Source: Candidatus Firestoneibacteriota bacterium (GTDB taxonomy: Bacteria > Oederibacteriota > Muellerivitia > Muellerivitales > Muellerivitaceae). Taken from it: DNA of 64,000 nucleotides. How positions within the stretch are numbered: position 1 is the stretch's first letter; the number at the start of each line of letters is the position of its first letter. The stretch spans positions 90 to 64,089 of the forward strand of contig JABDGD010000011.1 of NCBI GenBank assembly GCA_013286205.1, in the 5' to 3' direction. Both the position numbers and the translations under genes were made by a program. Positions 28,292-38,356 of the stretch are shown here, piece after piece. The notes below the pieces were generated by a model. That model was not told the DNA's origin. It searched no databases and saw only the letters and a list, made by a program, of their open reading frames with translations.

Positions 28292-29005
28292 TCACTGACG
28301 GGTCGAAGAAAGTCCTAAAGTTTTAGCTTCCCTCTCCAAAACCTCTAAATAGTGGGTTAGGCGCTCGTCGCGGTTGGCGAATTGATTGTTAAAGTTGCGG
28401 CTGTAATCTTTGTAGATCAAAGGCACAGCGCACTCGTTAACCGTCAAACCCGCTTTCGCCGCTTGAAGCCAAAATTGAATAGGAAAACCATAATTAGTCT
28501 CGGTTAAATTCAGCTTACGCAAACCATCCACACGGTAGCCTTTAAACCCGCAGAAACTATCAGTCAGGTTGTAAGGTGTGATTTCACGGAGCTTATCCGT
28601 AATGATCTTATTCACTTCCAGCCTTTCGGGAGGCGGAACATCTTTGGAGAGCAGGTGGTCTAAATAACGGCTTCCCGAAACAATATCAAAACGGGAAAGT
28701 TTGTCGAGAAAACAGGGGATGAAGCTGGGCTCATGCTGTTCATCCGCGTCCATGGTGACGCAATATTCGTAGTTATGATTTTTAACGTAATTAAACCCAT
28801 CCATCAGCGACTGGCCATAACCTTTGTTTTGATCGTGCCGGAGAATAGCGTGAACTTTGATGCGTTCTAAAACCGAGGGAGTCGCGTCCGTTGAGCCGTC
28901 ATCCACCACCACCACATCGGCGTCTTTAAACTCAGCTAAACGGTTGACGACCTTTTCGAGGGTGGGAGCTTCGTTATAAACGGGCAAAATAATGGCAAAT
29001 TTCAT
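28292..29005 (-). CDS. GT2 glycosyltransferase, polyprenyl-phosphate sugar synthase-like (DPM1/Ppm1/DPG-synthase type, soluble form)
   Basis: 237 aa. Motifs: MKFAIILPVYNEA, VVVDDGSTDAT and MDADEQHEP (DXD region). The size and motifs match short DPM1-like GT2 enzymes. Confidence 0.75.
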   Translation of the reverse strand: MKFAIILPVYNEAPTLEKVVNRLAEFKDADVVVVDDGSTDATPSVLERIKVHAILRHDQNKGYGQSLMDGFNYVKNHNYEYCVTMDADEQHEPSFIPCFLDKLSRFDIVSGSRYLDHLLSKDVPPPERLEVNKIITDKLREITPYNLTDSFCGFKGYRVDGLRKLNLTETNYGFPIQFWLQAAKAGLTVNECAVPLIYKDYSRNFNNQFANRDERLTHYLEVLEREAKTLGLSSTRQ

Positions 29006-29104
29006 CTCTACTCCAAAAAGTCACAAGGGTTTTAACAGCGGCTAGAACAATAAGAAACATTCAAGAAATACTCAAGACAGGCTGGTGATTATTCAGCCCG
29101 GTTA

Positions 29105-30472
29105 TTATTTAGGAAGTCTTGGAACGTTGGATTGCGACGGCGTGGGTGTTGGAGCGTCGCCTACCGCCACCAAACCAGAAGGCGCTGGAGCCGCGGCGGA
29201 GGAAGAAGCCGCTGGCGCGGCGTTGTTACTTGTATCGACAGGAGCCACTCCCACCGACTGATTCGCGGGGGCAGCCGCGCCCACATCTATCGGCGCCACA
29301 CCTACGGGTTGCTCCACTTGAGCCGTCGGCTGAGCGGCAGGAGCGCCACCTACAGCGGTGGGAACTGGTACTGACGCGCTGGGATTGGAGTCCCAGGGAT
29401 TGGGAGGATTGCCATTATCCGCCGGCATCGCCAAGCTCGGATCGGGCGTGGGAGTGGACTGCTGCATGGCCGCATCTTTCATCTTCTTTTCCATTTCCAG
29501 CTGATCGATTTGCTTCTTGGACAAAAGAGGTTTACGGATGGTCTTAATGTGTTCCGCCGCCTCAAGATCTTTAGGATTAATTTCAGCGTATTTCTGCCAG
29601 TGGTACAAAGCCAAACCATATTGCTCGTCGCGTTCAAAAATCATGGCCAGCGCCTTATGCGCTTTAGCCTGCTGGTTATCTATATTGAGAATCATTAAGT
29701 AAAGACGCTTGGCGTTATTCCAATCCCGGATATCCACATAGTGCTCAGCCAAACGGTACTGGGCCGCGATGTTGGTCGGCGCTAAATCGGCGGAATATTT
29801 AAACTGCTCCACCGCTTTCTTCTCGTCGCCCAAGGCCAAATAAGACTCACCCAGCTTACCGCGGGCGGTCGCGTCCAGCGAATCCACATCCAAAGCTTGC
29901 CGGTAGTAGGCGACAGCTTCCTCGTGGCGGGCTTGGGCTTGATAAACATCGCCCAATTTTTCATAGACCGGCGCTTTGTCTTTATAACCGCGAATCGCCA
30001 TCTTTAATTCGGATACGGAGTTGGGATATTGCCTCAGACCCAAATAAGCCACACCCAAATTAAAATGCGCGGAGCCCGATTCCGGATCAATCTGAATGGC
30101 TTTTTTGGCGTAGAGAATCGCCTGGTTATAAATCCGCTTTTGGAGATAGAGGTAAGACTTGTTGTTGAGCGCGGGAACATAATTGGGCTGAACTTCTAAA
30201 ACTTTATCAAACTGCTCCATAGCCTCGTCAATGAGATTGCTTTTAGCGTACAGCTCGCCCAGGTTATTACGGGCCTGAACGTTGTAAGGATTTCTCTCGA
30301 TGGCTTCCCGGTAATACTTGATGGCGGTTTGGGACTTGCCTTCTTTAACGTAAAGATTGCCCTTGTCTAAATAATATTGATGGTCTGGCGACGAATCATC
30401 CGCCAAAAGTAACGAAGGGGTAACAGAACCCAGGGCCAAGAGACAGATCAACAAACGGGCTCGAAAAGACAT
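29105..30472 (-). CDS. secreted TPR-repeat protein with an Ala/Pro-rich low-complexity C-terminus
   Basis: Carries the signal peptide MSFRARLLICLLALGSVTPSLLLA. It has about 8 TPR-like units (for example AIKYYREAIERNPYNVQARNNLG). The tail reads ...GVAPIDVGAAAPANQSVGVAPVDTS.... Confidence 0.8.
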   Translation of the reverse strand: MSFRARLLICLLALGSVTPSLLLADDSSPDHQYYLDKGNLYVKEGKSQTAIKYYREAIERNPYNVQARNNLGELYAKSNLIDEAMEQFDKVLEVQPNYVPALNNKSYLYLQKRIYNQAILYAKKAIQIDPESGSAHFNLGVAYLGLRQYPNSVSELKMAIRGYKDKAPVYEKLGDVYQAQARHEEAVAYYRQALDVDSLDATARGKLGESYLALGDEKKAVEQFKYSADLAPTNIAAQYRLAEHYVDIRDWNNAKRLYLMILNIDNQQAKAHKALAMIFERDEQYGLALYHWQKYAEINPKDLEAAEHIKTIRKPLLSKKQIDQLEMEKKMKDAAMQQSTPTPDPSLAMPADNGNPPNPWDSNPSASVPVPTAVGGAPAAQPTAQVEQPVGVAPIDVGAAAPANQSVGVAPVDTSNNAAPAASSSAAAPAPSGLVAVGDAPTPTPSQSNVPRLPK

Positions 30473-30513
30473 CCTGGCTCCTTGGGAAATAGAAAAAGCT
30501 GAACAGAGGGAAG

Positions 30514-30542
30514 ATTTTACGGGAGGGCCGAAAACCCGTCAA
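30514..30542 (-). promoter_or_regulatory. candidate internal sigma70 promoter in front of the TPR gene
   Basis: The minus strand reads TTGACG (30542..30537), a 17-nt spacer, then TAAAAT (30519..30514). Confidence 0.55.
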
Positions 30543-30585
30543 CGACCAAGAAGCCCAACCGGCGAAAACGACGGCCTAAAACCCC

Positions 30586-31980
30586 TTAAAGCTTCGCTAA
30601 AGAGCGCGCGGCGGTCAAAAGACGCTGTAGTTCTTTGGGTGAGGGGCCTTCGGCATAAAGCCGCAGCAACGGCTCCGTACCCGAGGGACGCACCAAAAGC
30701 CAGCCTTGTTCCAGCTTCAACTTAACACCATCCAGCGTTTGAACCCCTGTCACCTTATGCCCGGCGATATGAGACGGCGGAGATTTTTTTAAACGGTTGA
30801 GAATGGCGTTCTGTCGGTCAAAAGGAACATTTTCCAGATCAATGCGGTCAGAATAAAAGGGCCCAAATTCTTTTTGAAGAAAACCGACCGCTTCCGTCAC
30901 TGATTTTTTCATGGTGACGAGAGCTTCCAATAAAAGCAGTCCGGACAAAAGGCCGTCTCTTTCAGGCAGGTGGCCCTTAATCGCGATACCGCCGCTTTCC
31001 TCGATGCCCAACAGCACATCTTCTTTAAGCATCACCCCGCCGATATATTTAAATCCAATCGGCGTTTCAAACAGAGGTATTCCCCACCGCTCGGCCATCC
31101 GTTGAATCATCAAGGTTCCTGAGACCGTCTTCACTACCGCGCCCCGCATACCCCGGTTGACCCAAAGGTGATAAAGCATCAGGGCATGGAGTTTGTGCAC
31201 ATCCACATATTTTCCTTTTTCGTCCACCATACCGATACGATCGCCGTCCCCATCCGTAGCGAAACCCACATCCGCCTTCCACACTTTCATTGCTTTAAAA
31301 AGCGGGCCCAGGTTCGCGCCGATCGGTTCGGGCTGACGGCCGCCAAAAAATATGTCACGGTTGCCCGCCACGGTTTTAGCCTTGGTTTTGGAACCGGAGA
31401 TGAGATTTTCAAAGTGGTTTTCGCCGACGCCGTGCATAGAGTCAATCGCCACCTTTAAACCGGCCTGGCGGATGGCTTTTAAATTCACTTTGGCCGAAAC
31501 CGCTTTTAAATAAAACGAAAGCCAATCTTTCTGTTCAATTTTATGGTCGGCGCCGGCTTCCGGCTCCTCGGACGGGATATTCTTTTCGACTAACTGGGTA
31601 AAAGAAGAAGGCGCGGACACACCCGGCGGAAGCTTAATTTTAAAACCGTTATAGTGGCCCGAATTATGGCTGGCCGTAATCATCACACCCGCGTCGGCCT
31701 TTTGGGCCTTAACCGCCAGGGACAAAGCGGGCGTGGGAAGTATTTTAGACGACAGAGTGACACGGTGCCCCAGCGAGGCCAATACCTGGGCCGCCGCCTG
31801 GGCATATTGATCGGAATAAAAGCGGGTGTCATAGCCCACAAAAATCTTAGCGTGTTTTTTCTTCCGGCGCAGGGCCAGACCTAATCCGTAAGCCGCCCGG
31901 CGCACGTTTGGAAAGTTAAACGTGGTCGTAATTTTTGAGCGCCAACCGTCAGTCCCAAAATGAATATCTGTCATTTTCAA
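30586..31980 (-). CDS. phosphomannomutase/phosphoglucomutase (alpha-D-phosphohexomutase family)
   Basis: Carries the active-site loop TASHNSGHYNGFK, the metal loop ATDGDGDR and the sugar loop GIEESGG. Its start overlaps the stop of paralogue 1 by 4 nt. Confidence 0.9.
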   Translation of the reverse strand: MKMTDIHFGTDGWRSKITTTFNFPNVRRAAYGLGLALRRKKKHAKIFVGYDTRFYSDQYAQAAAQVLASLGHRVTLSSKILPTPALSLAVKAQKADAGVMITASHNSGHYNGFKIKLPPGVSAPSSFTQLVEKNIPSEEPEAGADHKIEQKDWLSFYLKAVSAKVNLKAIRQAGLKVAIDSMHGVGENHFENLISGSKTKAKTVAGNRDIFFGGRQPEPIGANLGPLFKAMKVWKADVGFATDGDGDRIGMVDEKGKYVDVHKLHALMLYHLWVNRGMRGAVVKTVSGTLMIQRMAERWGIPLFETPIGFKYIGGVMLKEDVLLGIEESGGIAIKGHLPERDGLLSGLLLLEALVTMKKSVTEAVGFLQKEFGPFYSDRIDLENVPFDRQNAILNRLKKSPPSHIAGHKVTGVQTLDGVKLKLEQGWLLVRPSGTEPLLRLYAEGPSPKELQRLLTAARSLAKL

Positions 31981-33692
31981 TTGCCGTTTTCCCTTTTGAG
32001 TTTTAAATCAAAAACATTGTTTCCCAAATGATGGTCCAAAATCCATTGGGCGACTATTTTTTGATAATCAGGCTGATCAATCCCCCGCAGATTCCATCCG
32101 GGCGGGCCCGAAGTATAGTAGCCATTCAGAGTGGGAACGCCGGAAACAATCGCGACAAGCATCGCTCCGGTTTGACATTCACCTCTGTCCGCAAAGTAAC
32201 TATCCCCGGGAGTTCCTGAGATGTAAAAAGCGGTCGCGTCCTTAGGAATCATCTTGGCCAGTCTCATCGTATCATTTCGGGCATCGGTTACAGAAATAAC
32301 GCCACAGGGGCTCCCCCCCATTTGCTCAAACCATATTCCAGACAAAACCACTCCCATCAGCATCGCGGCGCCTATTTTTTTAACCGGCTCTTTAATCGCG
32401 GAAAAACACTCAATCCACCGCTGAACTTCAAAAGCGAAAATCATGCTCACCGGCAGCATCAAAACCACGCCAAATCTCGAAGTGCACAATACCGCTTTGC
32501 CGCCCGGCACCCAATTGTAAATCCACTGCCATAATATCGGCTGGCCATGACGTTTCAGAATCAACACCACGCAAAACCAAACACTTAAAATAACCAGTGT
32601 TTCAAAAACACTCTGACCCTGAGCTTTCGAATCCTTTCCAAAAGGAAACGCCGGCGCTTTTCCATGAGTCAAATTCGGAATATTTCTAACGGCCTTAACC
32701 GTCACCCATAGCCAAAACAAACTAAATAACAACCCCAAGCCCAATCGGTTTTCCCACTCACAGTCCATATTCGCGAAGCTATTAAAATGAGAAAGCCAAC
32801 CCCAAACATAATTTTTATCACTCATCCACATGAGCGCTTTCAAAGTAGGCATATTATTAATCACATCAGGCAAAGGCCTCGGGCCCTTCAGGTGCAATAC
32901 AGGCAGGTATAAAGCGAGAAACGGAATTAATCCGACCACTAAAATAAAAAGAGCCGCCAAATAGTTAAACCTCGACGGCGGAAAGACCGCCTTCCATGAT
33001 CTGCTAAAAAAATCTTTGTGCTCAAATATCAGAAACATAAAAATTAGCGCGATTCCCCAAATAGCCAAAAACCAGCCCATATAAAACGAAGTCAAAAGTT
33101 GAACATCGATTAAAACAGCCGCCAGCCAAAGGATTTTTATCTTTTCAGAAGTTTGGCTTGAGCGACGAATGAACAAAACGAAACACAAAAGAATGATCGG
33201 TAAAAAATAAAGCGCCTGAAAATCATAGTGTTCCAGTTGATTGTATTTAACGCTGTTAAACGTGAAAAAGGCTGCCCCAATTGAGGAGGGGAACGTCGTT
33301 AAATTGAACCCCTTTTTCAAAAACCAAAAGCAGGCCAAAAAATTCAAAATATTAAAAACAAGAACAGTGGCCAGAGTCGCGTTATACATATCCAGGTGCA
33401 ATAATCGAAACGAGCAATAAATCGGAGCCGCGCCCGCCATGGCATCGCAATACCCCAGAACGCCTTTGGTGGGATAAAAGATGGGTGGAGAAACAACGCT
33501 GGTGTGGCCCAACAACGCTTGAAAATAATTCTCGAATTGGAAAATGTGCTGCTGAGGATCGGTAGGGCCCTGCATCAGAGTGAATTTTGACATCACTTCA
33601 TAGTGATGAAATGTCCAAAAACCCCAGGCAAAAGGAATAAAGGCTAAAAAATAAATAAGAATTCGATTCTTATTTAAAGAAGATTGAGGCAT
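31977..33692 (-). CDS. polytopic membrane protein, tandem paralogue 1 of 3 (GT-C-like glycosyltransferase candidate; family not recognised)
   Basis: 571 aa with about 12 hydrophobic segments and a ~110-aa C-terminal soluble domain. The first external loop carries FYPTKGVLGYCDAMAG. It aligns end to end with the two genes upstream. Confidence 0.85.
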   Translation of the reverse strand: MPQSSLNKNRILIYFLAFIPFAWGFWTFHHYEVMSKFTLMQGPTDPQQHIFQFENYFQALLGHTSVVSPPIFYPTKGVLGYCDAMAGAAPIYCSFRLLHLDMYNATLATVLVFNILNFLACFWFLKKGFNLTTFPSSIGAAFFTFNSVKYNQLEHYDFQALYFLPIILLCFVLFIRRSSQTSEKIKILWLAAVLIDVQLLTSFYMGWFLAIWGIALIFMFLIFEHKDFFSRSWKAVFPPSRFNYLAALFILVVGLIPFLALYLPVLHLKGPRPLPDVINNMPTLKALMWMSDKNYVWGWLSHFNSFANMDCEWENRLGLGLLFSLFWLWVTVKAVRNIPNLTHGKAPAFPFGKDSKAQGQSVFETLVILSVWFCVVLILKRHGQPILWQWIYNWVPGGKAVLCTSRFGVVLMLPVSMIFAFEVQRWIECFSAIKEPVKKIGAAMLMGVVLSGIWFEQMGGSPCGVISVTDARNDTMRLAKMIPKDATAFYISGTPGDSYFADRGECQTGAMLVAIVSGVPTLNGYYTSGPPGWNLRGIDQPDYQKIVAQWILDHHLGNNVFDLKLKRENGN

Positions 33693-33706
33693 TTAAAAAC
33701 CATTCC

Positions 33707-35407
33707 TTAATAAAGATCGCCTTTTTTAAGTTCCAAATCAAAAACACGATCTCCCAATTGGTGATCCGTTATCCACTTCAATACTCTTTTATGGTAATCG
33801 GGGTGTTCTAAACCCTCAAGATTCCATCCCGGCGGAGCCGAAGAATTGTAACCATTCAGAGTGGGCACCCCAGAAACCGCCGCTATCAGCATGGCGTCAA
33901 TTTGATTAATATAACACCCGGGCATCTCAGAAACATAAAACGCGGTCGCGTTTGCGGGTATTCGGGCGGCCAACTTCAATATTTTCGCGCGATCCGCCGG
34001 GACTGAGAAAATACCGACCGGAGTCCCCCCCATTTGTTCAAACCACACTCCCGATAAAACCACACCGATCAACATCATGGCGCCTATTTTTTTAGCGGGT
34101 TCTTTTATCGCCGGAACACGAAGAATGAACCGCTGAACTTCAAAGGCAAAAATCATGCTCACTGGCAGCATCAAAACAATAGCGAACCTCGAAGTACAAA
34201 GTATGGCATTGCAGCCTGGCACCCAATAGTAAATCCATTGCCATAACAACGGCTGATAATGGCGTTTCAGAATCAAAATCAAACAAAACCAAACACTCAG
34301 AATAACCAGCGTTTCAAAAACACTTTGGCCCCGCGTTTCCGCGTTTTTTTCAAAGGGAAATGCCGGCGCCTTATTCCCTATCAAGTTTCGAATATTGCGA
34401 ATGGCTTTAACGGTGACAAATAACCAAAAAAGGCTAAATAACAATCCCAAACCCAGCCGGTTTTCCCACTGGCAGTCCATGTCCCTTATTTTTTCAAACT
34501 GAGAAAGCCAGCCCCAAACATAATTTCCATCACCCATCCACAGAAGCGCTTTGAAGGTCGGCATGTTGTGAACCACATCGGACAAAAGTCTCGGACCCTT
34601 CAGTTGAAGCACGGGCAAATACAAAGCAAAAAACGGAATAAAAGCCGCGACGAAAATGATACCAGCGGCCCAATAATAGGAACTTGGCGGCGGCGGCAAT
34701 TTTTTCAGTGATTTTTTAAAAAAAGTTTTCCATCTGAAAATCAAAAACATTAATCCCAGCACTATGCTCCAAATCCCAAAAAACCAGCCCATATAAAACG
34801 AGGTTAAAAATTGGGCGCCGATTAAAACAGCGGCCAGCCAAAGAACCCTTATCTTTCCCGGCGATTCATTCGAGCGGCGGATGAATAAGATGAAACACAA
34901 AACAATAACTGGTAAAAAATAAAGCGCCTGAAAATCATAGTGTTCTAATTGATTGTATTTGATGCTATTAAACGTGAAAAAAGCCGCCCCAATCGACGAG
35001 GGGAAAACTTTTAGATTGAACCCTTTTTTCAAAAGCAAAAAACAGGCTAAAAAATTCAAAATATCAAAAACAATTACCGCGGCCTGAGTCGCGTTATACA
35101 TATCCAGGTGCAATAACCGAAAGGAACAATAAATTGGGGCCGCACCGGCCATGGCATCGCAATATCCCAATACGCCTTTGGCTGGATAAAAATAAGGGGG
35201 GGAAACGACACTAGTGCGGCCCAGCAATGCCTGGAAATAGTTTTCGAACTGACTGATGTGAAAACGCGGGTCAGTGTCGCACTGCATCACATCAAAGCCC
35301 GATTGCAATTCAAAATGGTGGAATGTCCAAAAGCCCCAGGCAAAAGGAACGAAGCTTAAAAGGACGAGAAGAGCACAATTTATTTTTTTCGTAGCTGATG
35401 GCGTCAT
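33707..35407 (-). CDS. polytopic membrane protein, tandem paralogue 2 of 3 (GT-C-like candidate)
   Basis: 566 aa. It has the same architecture and shares long identical blocks with the other two copies (NQLEHYDFQALYFLP, CQWENRLGLGLLFSLFW, VLMLPVSMIFAFEVQR). Confidence 0.85.
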   Translation of the reverse strand: MTPSATKKINCALLVLLSFVPFAWGFWTFHHFELQSGFDVMQCDTDPRFHISQFENYFQALLGRTSVVSPPYFYPAKGVLGYCDAMAGAAPIYCSFRLLHLDMYNATQAAVIVFDILNFLACFLLLKKGFNLKVFPSSIGAAFFTFNSIKYNQLEHYDFQALYFLPVIVLCFILFIRRSNESPGKIRVLWLAAVLIGAQFLTSFYMGWFFGIWSIVLGLMFLIFRWKTFFKKSLKKLPPPPSSYYWAAGIIFVAAFIPFFALYLPVLQLKGPRLLSDVVHNMPTFKALLWMGDGNYVWGWLSQFEKIRDMDCQWENRLGLGLLFSLFWLFVTVKAIRNIRNLIGNKAPAFPFEKNAETRGQSVFETLVILSVWFCLILILKRHYQPLLWQWIYYWVPGCNAILCTSRFAIVLMLPVSMIFAFEVQRFILRVPAIKEPAKKIGAMMLIGVVLSGVWFEQMGGTPVGIFSVPADRAKILKLAARIPANATAFYVSEMPGCYINQIDAMLIAAVSGVPTLNGYNSSAPPGWNLEGLEHPDYHKRVLKWITDHQLGDRVFDLELKKGDLY

Positions 35408-35437
35408 TAAAACCTACTAAAGATTCTGATGTATTTT

Positions 35438-37141
35438 TTATTCACCATCATCCTCTTTAATATTTAAATCAAAAACATTGGTGCCCAAATGGTGGTCAGA
35501 GATCCATTTGTTCACTCTTTCGTGATAGTCCGGGTGAGCCAAACCGTCCAAATTCCATCCCGGCGGTCCGGAAGTATAGTAACCATTCAGGGTGGGAACA
35601 CCTGAGATAGACGCTATCAGCATGGCATCAATTTGATTAAGTCCATAGCCATCGTCCCGTCCCGAGAGATAAAAAGCCGTCGCGTCTTTTGGAACCCGGG
35701 CGGCCAGCTTTACCATTTTAGCGCGATCCTTCGAAACTGAAAAAACCCCGACCGGAGTATCAGCCATTTGTTCAACCCACACTCCGGATAAAAGCACTCC
35801 CATCAACATCATGGCACCTGTTTTTTTAGCGGGTTCTTTCATGTCCGAAACACGGAGAATAAAACGCTGAACCTCAAAAGCAAAAATCATGCTCACCGGC
35901 AGCATCAAGACCACGCCAAACCGGGAAGTGCACAACACCGCCTTACAACCTGGCAGCCAATAGTAAATCCATTGCCATAACAACGGCTGATAGTGGCGTT
36001 TCAAAATTAAGATCAAACAAAACCAAACACTCAATATAACCAGCGTTTCAAAAATGCTTTGCTTCTGTATTTCTGAGTTTTTTTCAAAGGGGAACGCTGG
36101 CGCCCTTTTCCGGGCCAAGTTCGGGATATTTCTAACAGCTTTAATGGTTACCCATAGCCAAAACAAACTAAATAACAGTCCCAACCCCAGCCGGTTTTCC
36201 CACTGGCAGTCCATGTTGCTCATTTTTTTAAACTGAGCGAGCCAGCCCCAAACATAATTCCCTTCGCCCATCCACATGAGCGCTTTAAAGGTAGGCATGT
36301 TGTCGACCACATCCGACAAAAGTCTTGGGCCCTTCAGATGTAATACCGGCAGGTACAAAGCAAAAAACGGAATCATTCCCACCGCTAAAATAAAAAGTGC
36401 CACTCCATAGTTAAATCTCGACGAGGGAAATAGCCTCTTCCATGATCCGCTGAAAAAATATTGACGCTCGAATAACAGAAACATAAAAATCAGAACAATG
36501 CTCCAAATAGCCAAAAACCAACCCATGTAAAACGAAGTTAAAAATTGAATGTCGATTAAAACAGCGGCCAGCCAAAGAATTTTTATTTTTCCGGGGGTTT
36601 CACTTGGGCGGCGGATAAATAAAACAAAACACAAAAGAATCATCGGCAGAAAATAGAGCGCCTGAAAATCGTAATGTTCGAGCTGGTTGTATTTGATGCT
36701 GTTAAACGCGAAAAAGGCCGCCCCTATGGACGAGGGGAAGACTTTCAGGCCAAACCCTTTTTTCAAAAGCCAAAAACAAGCCAGAAAATTCAAAATATCA
36801 AAAACGATCACAGCGACTTGGGTCGCGTTATACATGTCCAAATTCAAAAATCTGAAAGAACAATAAATCGGAGACACGCCCGCCATCGCGTCGCAGTAGC
36901 CCAGCACGCCTTTCGTGGGATAGAAGATGGGCGGCGAAACAACGCTGGTATGCCCCAGTAACGCTTGAAAATAGTTTTCAAATTGAAAAATGTGCTGCCG
37001 CGGATCGGTTTTGCCCTGCATCACATCAAGACGTGATTCCAATTCAAAATGATGAAAGGTCCAAAAACCCCAGACAAAGGGTATGAAAGCTAAAAGAAGG
37101 ATAAAAAAGTTGTGCCTTTTATTTAAAGAAAAGCGGGACAT
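35438..37141 (-). CDS. polytopic membrane protein, tandem paralogue 3 of 3 (GT-C-like candidate)
   Basis: 567 aa. About 83% of a ~205-residue N-terminal stretch is identical to paralogue 2 by my manual count. It has the same motif set. Confidence 0.85.
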   Translation of the reverse strand: MSRFSLNKRHNFFILLLAFIPFVWGFWTFHHFELESRLDVMQGKTDPRQHIFQFENYFQALLGHTSVVSPPIFYPTKGVLGYCDAMAGVSPIYCSFRFLNLDMYNATQVAVIVFDILNFLACFWLLKKGFGLKVFPSSIGAAFFAFNSIKYNQLEHYDFQALYFLPMILLCFVLFIRRPSETPGKIKILWLAAVLIDIQFLTSFYMGWFLAIWSIVLIFMFLLFERQYFFSGSWKRLFPSSRFNYGVALFILAVGMIPFFALYLPVLHLKGPRLLSDVVDNMPTFKALMWMGEGNYVWGWLAQFKKMSNMDCQWENRLGLGLLFSLFWLWVTIKAVRNIPNLARKRAPAFPFEKNSEIQKQSIFETLVILSVWFCLILILKRHYQPLLWQWIYYWLPGCKAVLCTSRFGVVLMLPVSMIFAFEVQRFILRVSDMKEPAKKTGAMMLMGVLLSGVWVEQMADTPVGVFSVSKDRAKMVKLAARVPKDATAFYLSGRDDGYGLNQIDAMLIASISGVPTLNGYYTSGPPGWNLDGLAHPDYHERVNKWISDHHLGTNVFDLNIKEDDGE

Positions 37142-37183
37142 TTAAAACCTCGGCAGATGATTTGAAATACAAAAACTGCGACG

Positions 37184-38257
37184 TTATTTCTTCAAACCAG
37201 CTTTCAGTTGATCAATGAGACCGATTGAGGTGGGGTTCAGCCCCTTCAAAAAGGCTAAATAGACTGAAACAAAATCCCCGAGATAAACCATCCACAGGGT
37301 CTGAGACAAAAGAGAGTTTCCTTCAGCCCAAACCTCACTCACCTGGTTTTTCTTGAGCCCGGATATTTTTTTAAAAATGGCGAACCGCTTTTGAACACGG
37401 TCGTTTTCATACTTTTCGCTTCTGAGCAGAAGTACGGCAGCATTCTTCACAAATGAATCCTGAACTGTATAGGACAAGATTTCATTGTGATTCATTTCGG
37501 GTATGGCGTTGACATGCGCCATTTGTTTCGCGTTTTCATTAAACTGGCATTTCCAACGATAAGCGGTTGTGCCCAGGCAATTCTCACTGGCGTAAATCAC
37601 AGGGTTTTTGCCGTGAAAAAATAAAGCTAACTGTTTCGCCAAGTTCTTTTTGGAATCATTAAACAAATTAAACTCAAACATCGTCTTTTCCAACAAAAGG
37701 ACGGCTTCTTCAATTTCTCCATCCATTGAAGGCAGCAGTTTCGCGCTTTCCAGCATGGTTAGCAGAGTGATCACGGAATAATTCAGCGTCGTACGGGGTT
37801 GAACACCCCCCGGCATTTCGTAATAGGGCAATTTGTGTTTTCGCGCTTCTTTTAAAAGCGTCCCACCCGAGCTGATCACGACTATATTCAGCTTTCTGGC
37901 CAGAGCCTGTTTAAAAGCGGATAAGGTTTCTTCGGTATCACCCGAATGGCTGGAGCAAATCACCAGGGTTTGACGGTCAACCCAGGCAGGCAAAGCATAG
38001 TCCCGGTTCACGTAAACGGGAATTTTCAAAACCGATCTTAAGTAATTGGCGACCATTTCCCCGCCGATGGCTGACCCACCCACGCCGCAAATGACCAATG
38101 AATCAATTTTGGAGGAATTCAGTTTTATTTTATTGAGAAGAGCCTGGTGGCGGGCATCCCGGCATTGCTGGGGCACCGTTTCCACCAAATGGAGCATATG
38201 TTGGGGATCGAGCTTATAAATTTGATCGGGATTATCCAGAGTATGTTTTTTCATCAA
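37184..38257 (-). CDS. bifunctional phosphoglucose/phosphomannose isomerase (SIS-domain PGI/PMI family)
   Basis: 357 aa with two SIS-like halves. Motifs: ICGVGGSAIGG and the SIS motif SSHSGDTEET. The size and layout match the archaeal-type PGI/PMI. Confidence 0.8.
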   Translation of the reverse strand: MMKKHTLDNPDQIYKLDPQHMLHLVETVPQQCRDARHQALLNKIKLNSSKIDSLVICGVGGSAIGGEMVANYLRSVLKIPVYVNRDYALPAWVDRQTLVICSSHSGDTEETLSAFKQALARKLNIVVISSGGTLLKEARKHKLPYYEMPGGVQPRTTLNYSVITLLTMLESAKLLPSMDGEIEEAVLLLEKTMFEFNLFNDSKKNLAKQLALFFHGKNPVIYASENCLGTTAYRWKCQFNENAKQMAHVNAIPEMNHNEILSYTVQDSFVKNAAVLLLRSEKYENDRVQKRFAIFKKISGLKKNQVSEVWAEGNSLLSQTLWMVYLGDFVSVYLAFLKGLNPTSIGLIDQLKAGLKK

Positions 38258-38356
38258 AACCTCGGTGAATTGGGAAGGCGAGCCATATGTTAGCTGGTTT
38301 GAGGGAACAATTTAACCGAAATTGAGGTGAAATCCGCGTCTATATAAGGTTTTTGA

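Noticed and set aside
31977-37141. The possibility that the three ~570-aa genes are an assembly artefact, or are Wzx/Wzy-type proteins.
   Set aside because: The copies differ at roughly one nucleotide in five and have distinct indels, so they are real paralogues. Their length, long first loop with the FYP...LGYCD motif and ~110-aa soluble C-terminal domain do not fit MOP flippases or typical Wzy polymerases.
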